Below are positions 53,737 through 64,000 of a stretch of DNA of 64,000 nt, piece by piece; positions within the stretch are counted from its first letter, which is position 1; each line of letters starts with the position of its first letter. The DNA lies in IMG/VR virus record IMGVR_UViG_3300045988_112819, one strand, 5' to 3'. The position numbers and the translations under genes are program-made. Below the pieces are notes generated by a model. That model saw nothing but the letters and a program-made list of their open reading frames with translations, was not told where the DNA came from and ran no database searches. Source of the stretch: a virus.

Positions 53737-55633
53737 TTATTTAAATGATATGGATTTCCTTATAGCTCTTGATAAATTAAATATTAAAACTCATTACGCA
53801 AAAATTATTTTACTTTCTTTTGATGAAAAACCTATTAGAGAAATATAGGGCAACATAACTGCTGGTAGTTTAAGTGTTAATGGATCGTCCTCTGTTCGTA
53901 GAACAATTAACCTAACTATGTTGGCTAATGAGAATAATAGCGATATTGAAAATATAGATAATGAGATTTCAATAAACAAGAAGGTTAAAGTTTTTGTTGG
54001 ATATAATAATCCGTTAAAGTCTTATGCAAGATATGGAGATATAATTTGGTTTCCTTGTGGATTATTTGTTTTATCTAACGCATCGGCAGCAAGATCCACT
54101 TCTGGATGGACAATCTCTATAAGTGGAAAAGATAAAATGTGTTTACTTGATGGAACCGCAGGAGGGACGTTTCCAGGCTCCATAACCTTTCATGAAAGTT
54201 ATATATAGAAAAAAGATGGAGATATAGAAATTGTATATCCAACTATCTTTCAAATTATATATGAAGCAGTCAACCATTGGGGCGGAGAAGCTATAACAAA
54301 TATTATTATTACTGACATAGAAGAAACTTGTAAGATGTTGGTTAAATATATAGGAGATAAACCCATATATTTTAGCAATAATTATGAAAGTATGGACTTT
54401 TCTCCAAGCGCTGATTTTCCTCATATGATAAGTTATGGATAGGATGCTGGATATAGAGAAACTGAATTTACTTATCCGGGAGAATTAATTTTAGATGCTG
54501 GAGATACTGTAACTACTCTATTAGATAAAATAGTTGAAGTTCTTGGAAATTTTGAGTATTTTTATGATATAGATGGTCGCTTTATCTTTTAGTAGATAAA
54601 GAATTATCTTAATACTGGAAGTCCTTTAACAGAGTTATCTCCAGAAAATTATGTAAAGAGCTATAATAATGCTAAGTTTTTATACTCTTTAACCGATCTT
54701 GATACTACTACAGCCATAACCCGCAGTCCAAAGTTTGATAATATAAAAAATGATTTTTATGTTTGGGGAAAGAGAACCACTACATCTGGAGTAGAAGTTG
54801 ATATTAGGTATCATCTTGCTATTGATACCAAACCAATAATTGACTTAGCAGGATATTATATGTGGGCTGTGAGTGATAAAGAAACGGGATTAATTATAAG
54901 ATATGATTTTAATAATATATCTTCTGATTATTCAATATCAGGATATGAAGTAGAATTAGTTGGATCTCCATGCGATGAGTGGAGAGAGGAATTATATCGT
55001 AGAGCATTAAACGCACAAGTAACAAATAGTGTATATGATAATTATTATGATTCTGAATTAATCGCCGAATGGCGCAATTTATATAATCCACTAAATGGGA
55101 AATGGGATGAATATAATCATTGGAATCCAGATGTATTTAATAATCCAGGAAATCTAAACTATTGGCTAGATTTTATAGATACCGGTTCAGAAATTGGAAA
55201 ATATTCAATAAATGAGATAGGTAGAAGGACTAAAGTAATTAATAGTTCTGATATAACTTCCGTATATAATATAGAAGCTCCTGATATTATATTTATTGAA
55301 GGATTAGACCAGGATTTGATAGCAGAATATAGAGGAATTGGTTAGAGATTTTTTGTTCTTACTTCTGAGTATTATAATTTATTTTCAATAAGCTCCACAA
55401 ATGCAAGTTGTTTTGATAAAATTAGAGAAATGTTGTATTAGAATTTAAATTATAATACAACTATATCCATTACTTGTTTACCAAAATATTATATGGAACC
55501 AAATAATATTCTTTATGTTGAAGATAAAGACAGTGGACTTAGTGGAAATTATTAGATAACCCAATTCACTTTACCTCTTTCATATAATGGAACTATGAGT
55601 ATTACAGCCACGGAAGTATTAACAAGAGTATAA
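53729..55633 (+). CDS. baseplate / tail structural protein (634 aa), 8 TAG
   Basis: GAAGGTGG RBS; joins 53918 and 54860. Confidence 0.5.
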
Positions 55634-55649
55634 GGAGGAGTAGGAGATA

Positions 55650-56240
55650 ATGCCAACTGTTGGTCAAATATATTATAATGTAATAGATAACAACAGTGGT
55701 AGTTATGTTTCTAGTGGGTAGAATATATTCAGTGATATTGTTGTCCAAGTGGGGGCCTCTCAATTTAATAAAGTTGGAGTATAGGCTCCTGCTGGGACTA
55801 AGATAGTTATGAATGAATCAAAAACTATTATGGTTGGTAGAACTGGAATATATGAACTAGATGATGACATAGCTATTACTAATATGTATTTTATTAGACC
55901 TAGAAAGTATGAGAAAGACGAAGAAGCATCTCAGTAGGCTATTGAACAAGGAACTGCGGGAATGCAAGCCGCAGACAAAAAAAGAAGTGAAGATTTGGAG
56001 AGATTTTATAAAGAAAATCCAGATATGCCAGATCAAGATACCGATCCAGAAGGATATAAGGCTTATTGGGACGCATATAATAATATTTAGACTGCTTATA
56101 TAGAGGCTTATTAGACAGCATTAAGCTTATATAATCAGGGGGTAAATGGCATTTATGTACTACCAAATCCTGATAATGTTGATGCTCCAGAAAATTATTA
56201 GGATTTATATAATGTCATTATTGACTTTATTTATGTATAA
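55650..56240 (+). CDS. hypothetical tail protein (196 aa), 7 TAG
   Basis: GGAGG RBS. Confidence 0.5.
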
Positions 56241-56254
56241 GGAGGTGTCAAACT

Positions 56255-58165
56255 ATGGAGAGTTTCTATGGAGGACCTAAAGGTATAGATTTTGAAATTA
56301 AGCAAATCTTTACTAGTAAATATTAGATGGATAGAGATTTAACAAAGGGTTGGACATCTTCTATTTTCCCTGGAGATTTCGTTATTGTATCGTATGGTTT
56401 GCCAAGTGATGCAAATTATGATATTTATAAGAATGAAGATTTATAGAATTATGGTAAAAGTTATAACTCTACCCTTTGGAAAAAAGTTTTTAATGATAAA
56501 GATGGAAGTGGGTCTGCGGGCGGCCTAAGCTATGAGATGCAGGCTTCCATGACAGGAAATACACCAAGAATTAGCTTACATGATACAGAAGTTCTTGATG
56601 CCGACAAAGATCCAAATGTAGTTTGGGATAATACAGATTTAGATAGATTGTGGCTAACTTTTTAGCTACCTTAGAGTCAAAATATTCAATTAGGTGAAAC
56701 AACTGTTCTAGACTGCAATAAAAATCCTACTGCGGAATTAGATACAACGGATATAAATAATCCAAGTTTAAAATTATCTTTGCCACAATCACAAGTTATT
56801 GAAACGGCACTGGTTGAATTATTAAATGTTGGAGAGGAACCTACAGTATCCTTAGAAACGTCTGGTTCTTATTCTATAAATAGACCGGCAATTAAATTCC
56901 AATTACCTGTATCTCAATCATTATAGGAAGGAACTACAACAGCTCTTGATTCTAATGAAACACCATATTTTGAGATAAATTTTGATGATATAAATAATCC
57001 AGTTATTAATTTCTTTTTACCTCAAAGCTAGGTAATGGGAAATCCAGAGACTATTATTGTAGGTCCAGAGGAAAACCCATCAGTTTAGATAAATAATACT
57101 AATATTAATTCTCCGGTATTAAAATTTAGTTTACCAGAATCTATTAAGTTTTATTATGGTGAACTATTAGGGGAAAGAACTGCTGGGATTTATGAAGAAA
57201 CGAATGAAGCTTTTGCAGATTATAATATTGGTGATTATTATATTAATGCACCGACCGGTTTTATTTACAAGGTAACAAAGAAGTCGGGTACAACTTGCAC
57301 TTTCCAATATGTTGCTTGTATTTAGTCTCCATTGCCTGAAATAGAAGTAACAAAATTAGATCCTTACACAAATGGCGGTAGCGGGTATGAACCAACTGCA
57401 CCTACTGTAGTAAGAGAATTTACTAATACAGAAGAAACCGCTTGGAAACTTGTCTTTGGGCTGCCATCCGCGGTTAAATACGGAGTTTCTTTTGATTTTA
57501 TAGGAATTGATGAAGAGGGATCTGTCTCTAGTAAGATTATTTCTTCTGATACAGTAAATCTTGATTTCTAGATTCCAAGAGGATCTAAATTATTTGCTGG
57601 ATTAACTGTTTCTGATACATCTTTAAATGTTACTGTTGATGGAGCTAAAACAGGAGATCTGTATTTAAATACTGATACAGGAGATATTTATTCATTAGGC
57701 TCTAATGGAACATGGGTTAAGAACAAAGGAAACTTAAAAGGTCCTGTTGGAGAAGCTCTTAAAATAGTTAAAAGTTACACTATTAACGAAACTGAAACAA
57801 TTAAGGATTCTTTATAGAATGGCGTAAATTACATCGAAGAAAATTACGATGGAGAAATCAGCGCAGAGGATATTTTCTCTATTACTTGGGTTGAATATGA
57901 GACTAATTAGGAAACTTCTTATTGGTATTATAAAGCAGCCGATGGAGTATGGGGAAGAGTTCAACTAACCGGAGGTATTGCTAACCTTATTGATAATGAT
58001 TATAATAATGAAGATGGTGGAGAGGTAACAAATAAAACTTATAGCGTTCATTATATCAACACTTTAATCGGTGGAGCTATTACAAATAAAGATAGATAGA
58101 CATATTCTGCCGAATAGATAGAAGAGTTGTTATCTTGGGGAAGTTTTAGTGATTTAATACCTTAA
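56255..58165 (+). CDS. tail fibre protein (636 aa) with five (F/L)xLPQSQ repeat units in which TAG aligns with CAA
   Basis: AAGGAGGTG RBS; frame through 57332. Confidence 0.55.
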
Positions 58166-58198
58166 TTTATATTTAGAGAGTATAAAGGAGGGCCTAAA

Positions 58199-58981
58199 AT
58201 GGCTTTATTTAAGATTTTTCGAGGACCAGAAGATAATTTGAATAGTGTACCTCTTCATGAAGGATACGCTTATTTCACAGAAGATAAAGGAAATCTCTTT
58301 ATTGATATTAGTAATGAAGAAGGTGGGCGTTTGCAGGTAAATGCCTATGCTGCTCAAGTTCTAAAGAATGATATTACTGAGATTGATATTGATGATATTT
58401 TTCTTAAAAATATGACTGCCACTGTAGCTCAGGGCGGAACTGGACATAATAGTCTAACTGTAAATGCTTTATTAATTGGTAATGGAACTAATGCGGTAAA
58501 GATGGTTGAAATTGAGGCTGGTTAGGTTGTTATCGGAAATAGCGAGAATGGTGTAACAGGATTGCAAGGAACTGGCGCTTTATTTGCCGCTACAGCTGGC
58601 GCTCCGCAATTTGGAACGCTTCCAATTTCAGTTGGTGGAACTGGGGCAATTAATGCAGCAGGGGCGAGAACTAATTTAGATGTGTATAGCAAATTGGAAA
58701 CAGATAACTAGATTAGTGGAAGTACTACGGCAGCTTATCCAGCAACTCTTTCTGCATCAGGTTGGGTATTAAATGAAGATATGTATACATATACTTATTC
58801 CAATACTTCTTTAACTTGCGGAAAAGCAGGTAATGTGCCACCTATTATTAGTTATACTTCTAATCTTGAAGAGTATAGTAAAATTGATCACGCTGATGCA
58901 TCAGTTGGGGTTGGAATTACCTTTTATACAAAAGAAAAACCAACAAATGATATTGCTATTATTATCATTGATGTAAAATAA
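58199..58981 (+). CDS. tail fibre protein (260 aa; N-terminus MALFKIFRGPEDNLNSVPLHEGYAYFTEDKGNLFID), 3 TAG
   Basis: AAAGGAGGG RBS; joins 58781. Confidence 0.55.
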
Positions 58982-58986
58982 AAAAA

Positions 58987-59027
58987 ATGGGGAGAACCTT
59001 GAAATTAAGGTTCTCCCCATTTTTTTT
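58987..59027. terminator. strong bidirectional terminator (atggggagaacctt gaaatt aaggttctccccat) with A7 / T8; end of the late operon
   Basis: 14-bp stem. Confidence 0.8.
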
Positions 59028-59484
59028 ATTTCTCGCAAGGAGGTTTACTATATAAATGATAATGCGGTTTTTCTTCTCCAAACCATTTCCATCTTAGGTA
59101 GTCGTCTAATACTATTGCCAAAAGGCTTAAAAAGAACCAGGCGATAGAGAATGGTAAACAAATCTACCCCATAAAATTCAATGGAACGTGAGAATAATCC
59201 CAAATACCTAAGCCTAGTTTTACATTTAATACTAGACCAAAGATTAATTCTAAAGCAGTTATGATTAAAGAGCCTTTTACTCCTTGAGTAAGAATAGATT
59301 CTTCCCAAAGAACGTTCTCATTCATTAGTCCTATTAATAAAAAGCATAAGCCGCCCAATAAGAACATAGACCAATGACAAGTTCCAAAGCTGATAAAAGT
59401 TTTATAGAGGAACTCTATACCGTAATATAGAGTTCCTCCAACTGCAAATAGAATTATATTTTTACTCACTGTCGGTATCTTCAT
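59026..59484 (-). CDS. multi-pass membrane protein (152 aa), 1 TAG; possible holin-like
   Basis: 4 hydrophobic helices; stop inside the terminator T-run. Confidence 0.45.
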
Positions 59485-60124
59485 AGTTTAATTCAATAGC
59501 TTTTAATTTATCTATTGAATCAGCTTCGAATATCTAAGTTTTATATTCTTGCATTAAATGATATTTGGTATATACCACATTTGAAATAGCTAAACTTAGA
59601 GCGGATAATTGCTCTAAACTCCATGGCACACATTCTTCGTGTCGAGCGTGCCACTCAAGCGTAGGATTTTCTACTTCAGCCGCGAGAGCGACTTGATATT
59701 GATTGAGATTTAAGCTAATCTCAGACTGGTCCTCCTACGTAATTCCATATTCTTTTCCATCAACCCAAGTTAGTGGGTGGGTAGCAAGATACTCTGCGAA
59801 TAGTTTCTTGTTTTCCTCTTGTTTGTCATACTTTGCCTAATCTAAATCAGAAGTGAATGTTCCATCTTCTTGATTATATATTGAATAATTAGGAGTAACA
59901 TCTGATGGAATTGTTTCTATCTCTAATACTTTTACAGCATTAGATTGATTTAATACATCGGCTTTAATTAGAGTATAATGTGTATCTCCATTTGAGCCGA
60001 TAACCCCAGTTCCCTCTTCTTCCTCGCAGGCAACGACAATACCATTTGAGGATTGCAGTTTAATGTAACGTGCTTCTGAAAGAATATCAACTACTACATT
60101 CTCTCTATTTAATAGAATATACAT
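59462..60124 (-). CDS. hypothetical protein (220 aa), 3 TAG; ATG overlaps the RT stop (TAATG)
   Basis: frame continuous past the ORF-track end at a TAG. Confidence 0.45.
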
Positions 60125-61341
60125 TACTTTATTTCAACTCCTTTAAATAATGAACGAAAATAATTGTCCATATCTTGAATTATATAAAAACAAGTTCCTT
60201 TAGAAATATGTGCCCTCCAACCTTGATAGGATTTCTAAATTTCATCTGTTGAAATTTTACCCTCTAACCATAGCGCTTGCATTTTCTTTAACTTTCTGCG
60301 CTAATGAGCCACTTTCTTTTTAAAAGGAATTTGTATTATATGATTAGTGTCTGTGAGATAAAAGTTCCACTTTAAGTATTTTAATGGAGCGTGACGTTTG
60401 CCGTCCGCATGAATAGGAGAGATTCTAGTAATAGTAGTCTTTTTCTTATTCATCTTTAATCCTTGCTTATTTAAGCGAACTTCTATTCTCTTTTCACATT
60501 CGGCTAAGTATTGACTGTCATTGTGGAATAAATATAAATCATCCATATAACGACCATAATACTTAATATGTAACTCTTCTTTGATGAAGTGGTCAATTTC
60601 GTTCAATGCTAGCAATGCGAATAATTGTGATGTTTGACTTCCTAATCCAAGACTTTTATTATCATATTCATAGTATTTGCGGCCAGGCTTAAAATTAGTG
60701 GTACTAATTCTCGTGTATTTGTGCCGTTTACTAATATAATAATCTTTTCCTGGTATGGGAGAGGAATCTTTTGTTAGCTTAAAAGAAAATGTATCTATTA
60801 AATAACAGCATAGTTGATAAATTCTTTTATCTTTTATCAAACGTTTAGCCGCTTTCTTTAAAGATTTATGGTCAATAGAATCAAAATATTTTTGAATATC
60901 AATTCTTAACCCATAAAAATCTTTTCCTAATCCATATTCTCTATGAGCTTGTTGAAGATGTTTCTTTACTCTTTTTAAAGCAAAGTCTATTCCTTTTCCT
61001 CTTAAAGTAGCACAATTATCGTAGATAAATCTAGGAGTTAATTCTGGTAATAAAACTTGTTCACATAACGCATTTTGTACCAGTCTGTCGTTGATATGAC
61101 ACGCTCTTATATCTCTTGGTTTGCCTCGTTCGATTATCGAAAAACAACTAAACACAAGCTATTCGTATTCACACGCTCGCAGATCAGCTTCTGTTTTTAA
61201 AATTGTTTCTATCCTATTCTCTTCAAAATTAATTGTACTATCTTTCCATCGAACGTTTCGGCATACCTTATAAGACGCATCATACATAGTGTCAAAACTA
61301 CAAAAACGCTCGAAAGTAGTATCTTGATTTATTTCAGACAT
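60124..61341 (-). CDS. DGR-type reverse transcriptase (405 aa), 3 in-frame TAG
   Basis: INDRLVQNALC and LRGKGIDFA resemble the Bordetella phage Brt segments FKDRLVQHALC and RPDKGTHAG; motif 4 LGLGSQTSQLFALLALNEIDHF (the SQ hallmark of DGR RTs); motif 5 YGRYMDDLYLF; AAGGAG RBS. Confidence 0.8.
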
Positions 61342-61650
61342 ACTTTCTCCTTATCATGTAGCTATAGTGGTAGCTACTCGAGCTCCACGTCTACAGTCTT
61401 ACTTTATCCACTTTTTCAGTGAAATGGTTAAGTTCTCCTTAGATGAAAAGGCAGATCTACCTATAGTATATTATTCGATAGTTGTAGAGCAAAGCTCTTT
61501 AATGGTCTCTCAATCTCTTCCCCACATAGTGAGTGCAATCCAGAGTAAACCTTAATTAGATGGATAATAATATACTCCGGGGTACTATTTAGGCGTTGCT
61601 CGTTTGCGCTGCTCCGCAGCTTAACTCGCAACATGATAGCTCCATCTAAT

Positions 61651-61750
61651 CCGGCGCGAGCCCGTTGCTGTTGTTGTAGTTGTTGTTGTTCGCAGATCCA
61701 TCGTTGTTGACATTGCAAACGTTGTTCGAGTTGTTGTAGTTACGGGACCG
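61651..61750 (-). repeat. DGR template repeat (TR), 100 bp, AAC-rich on the coding strand (encodes RSRNYNNSNNVCNVNNDGSANNNNYNNSNGLAP)
   Basis: A-specific mismatches against two VRs. Confidence 0.8.
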
Positions 61751-61780
61751 AAAGATACAGAACTTAACCGCAGAAAAATA

Positions 61781-62275
61781 TTATCGACCTCTCCTATGGG
61801 TTTTAGGAGCCGAATATCTATGCTCGACTATAAGTTTATCTCTATTTTTTCTATCTTGGATTGATTCTTTTACTTTCTTAGTCAATCTAGCTAGATGTTC
61901 AAAAGATCTTCTTTTCTTTTTGCTGTTCTGAGCATACTAATAAATACATAGGTCGATTTGTCGAAATATACTATCACAATATTCAATCGCTCTATTGTGA
62001 TATTCATTTCTTTTTGTAAGGGTTTCTTTATCTTTTAAGTTTATCCTACACGCCTCATAACAGCAAGCATGTATACCCTTTCCGCATTTAATTATATCGT
62101 ACCCGAACGCTTGAAGAGGTTGACCCTCTCCAAGCAGTCCAGGTTTGCAGATTTGTTTTCCATCCTTATCAAATTCTCTAGGACAAGTTAAGACTAAAAT
62201 GTAGCCAACCAATTCACGGGCTTTATAAAGACAGTCTTGTTTTGATAGGTGTCTATCCTTTACTTTTACAGACAT
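61781..62275 (-). CDS. Avd-like accessory protein (164 aa), 1 TAG, between VR and TR
   Basis: position typical of avd; N-terminal KARELVGYILVLT-CPREF resembles the Avd four-helix-bundle family; otherwise divergent and Cys-rich. Confidence 0.4.
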
Positions 62276-62356
62276 TTAAAATTTCCCTCACTTGAATATA
62301 TAATTTTTTTATTGGACAATTTAACCTTAACTGTCCCGAATTGTTATTTTGCTGTA

Positions 62357-64000
62357 TTATCCAATGACGAAAGCCGGCGCGAGCCCGCGGCTGCCGCCGT
62401 AGCGGTTGCTGCTCGCAGATCCATCGCTGCTGACACCGCAAACGTTGACCGAGTTGTTGTAGTAACGGGACCGTTCCCAATACCACATCGTTGAATTCGT
62501 CAACGAACCATTGGCGTTCATCTGGTATTTAACTCTAGTAGAGTTGCTTGTATAGTAACTATAGGCCGTCTAACTTCCTCCAACAGTCCACTCCTAATAA
62601 GAACTAGCATAGCCGCTAGAGCTAGTAAATCCCATCTCACATTCAGAAGGTAGCCAACATTTTGCAGTTGTTTGAACATCCGCAGTATTATTCTAATTAC
62701 CATTACTAGCAGAACTTGTCTTCTTAGTAACAGATTTAATAGAAGCGGTTGCGCTACATCTATTACCAAAATCATTGCACAAGGATTGAGCGGTTGAACC
62801 ATTCCATAACGCGTTACTACCAAATGATGTACTGTTAGGTAAAGTTCCCGCAGTCTGGAAAGTTAATGTTCCAGTTCCATCCTAATCAGCACCAATACAA
62901 ATCATTGTAGCAGCGTTGGCACCAAGTACCGCACTAGAAAGACTTACAAGTTTCTTTTTACCTACACATTTCTTTCTTTCACTGGAAGAAGCCTTAGCTG
63001 CCCAGGTCTTTAATCCAGCCCACCACTTAGCATCACCAGTAGCAGTTTCAGAACCCCACTCCCAATAGCTTGCTGTTACTGTAACAGTCTTGTTACCTGG
63101 AGCAGTATGGTTAGTTCCGGCCGCAACTTTAATAGTAATCGTGGTAGAAGAAATAGCTGTACTGCCATCACCTTTAATAGTAAGAATATTACCACTTAAA
63201 GAGAGGGTAAGACCAGTAACACTAGTTGGAGTATAGCTAATAGCTCCATCTCCCGCGCGAGTAATAGTAACTTTAACGCCAGCACTATAATTATCTCCAT
63301 CAAGAGCAACAGAAGTTGGATTTACGGTTAAACTACCCGCGGCTTTATTAATAACCCAGTTTACATCAAGATTATCGGTTGTCTTATCAGCCCATCTATA
63401 GTTGCTCTTTAGAGTAAATGTAGCTGTATAAGTTCCTGCGTTAGTAGCGGAAGTAGTTCCACCAATCGTCATATAAGTGGTATTGAAATTATTCCAATAA
63501 GAAGTTCCACTTACTGATTGACTATTACCTGTATAGGTAAGATTACTTTTCCAGGTTGGTTTAGCGACAGATTTACGCTCAACAGTTACCGTAAATTTCG
63601 CAGATTGAGTTACTTCATTCTCTGTATAAGAAACAGTAATTTGCTAGCTGCCAACTGTAGTTAAGGATGTTGGTGAGCACGTATAACCTGTGACAGCCGC
63701 GCTTTTACTATCAGAGTAACTCGCTGTAACTACCATTCCTGTTGTTTGAAGGGTGTCGCCATATTCATAGGTCATCTTAGTTGGGTTAGTAGTAACCTAA
63801 ATACTAAGAAGTTTATGAATAACAGTTACCTTCTATGCAGTTTGACAAGTTTCACCGAGTTCTGAATAAGTAATAGTTACTTCAGTAACTCCGTCTGTTA
63901 AAGGACTTGGAGTAACTTGATATCCAGTTACTTCTGCTGTTGTTACAATAACACCATCCATGCCGTAAGATGCGGTAACTACCATTCCAGCAGGATTAAA
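62357..64000 (-). CDS. DGR target: tail-fibre-like protein with repeated Ig-like (Big-type) domains and a C-terminal C-type-lectin-fold VR region (...NVCGVSSDGSASSNRYGGSRGLAPAFVIG); N-terminus lies beyond the window end; at least 6 in-frame TAG
   Basis: frame continuous from the window end through ORF-track 62882..63472 to the TAA at 62357; Big-like repeats VTGYxxxPxxLT...ITVxY. Confidence 0.65.
62374..62473 (-). repeat. DGR variable repeat 1 (VR1), 100 bp, at the 3' end of the target gene
   Basis: 17 of 17 differences from TR occur where TR has adenine on the coding strand. Confidence 0.8.

Larger units (their letters stand above)
60124..64000 (-). mobile_element. diversity-generating retroelement cassette: target(VR1) - avd-like - TR - RT
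   Basis: see component features. Confidence 0.75.

Noticed and set aside
20634-58981. Standard-code reading of the late region as dozens of short unrelated ORFs
   Set aside because: The fragments are consecutive, in the same frame, joined only by TAG, and reconstitute full-length TerL, portal, tape measure and so on. TAA and TGA are the true stops.
61461-61718. ORF of 85 aa (MQCQQRW...)
   Set aside because: It is the template repeat read in a non-coding frame. The TR is an RNA template, not a CDS.
62253-62823. ORFs 62253..62486, 62249..62494 and 62518..62823
   Set aside because: They are alternative frames, or the opposite strand, of the VR-containing target gene. The Gln/Arg-rich composition is an artefact of the GC-rich VR.
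1-64000. tRNA, rRNA or suppressor-tRNA genes
   Set aside because: No cloverleaf-like segment with a GTTCRANYC T-loop was seen in any non-coding stretch. Absence by eye is weak evidence; tRNAscan-SE or ARAGORN should be run.

Overview
The window is an AT-rich (~35% GC) tailed-phage genome segment, probably from a Firmicutes host: it has GGAGG-type ribosome binding sites, many consensus sigma-A promoters with exact 17-bp spacers, and AbrB/SpoVT-family regulators. The key feature is genome-wide reassignment of the TAG stop codon to a sense codon. Terminase, portal, tape-measure and tail-fibre genes are continuous only if TAG is read through, while TAA and TGA terminate. Inside one tail-fibre gene TAG aligns with CAA in paralogous repeats, which points to glutamine. 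Layout: (i) minus-strand genes at 1-3625, including a second remote DGR target gene; (ii) a small TAG-containing plus-strand unit at 3928-5130 with iteron-like repeats; (iii) a non-coding block at 5806-6617 rich in CCGATCGG palindromes, a candidate origin or partition site; (iv) about 40 small minus-strand early genes at 6618-20532, almost all TAG-free, each in a repeated module of terminator, GC hairpin, TTGCACAA inverted repeat and sigma-A promoter. These early genes encode two AbrB/SpoVT regulators, a DEDDh exonuclease, a HAD nucleotidase, a GIY-YIG nuclease, a PARG-like macrodomain protein, a Pth2 peptidyl-tRNA hydrolase and FolD; (v) a plus-strand late structural operon at 20658-58981: large terminase, portal, scaffold, capsid, major tail protein, a 2908-aa tape measure and tail fibres; (vi) a minus-strand diversity-generating retroelement (DGR) at 59026-64000: a reverse transcriptase with YMDD and SQ motifs, an Avd-like gene, a 100-bp template repeat, and a variable repeat in an Ig-like/C-type-lectin tail-fibre-like target. 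A second variable repeat lies in a different gene at 1930-2011. No tRNA, rRNA or CRISPR array was found. Coordinates I derived myself are by hand and may be off by a few nucleotides; ORF-track coordinates are reliable.
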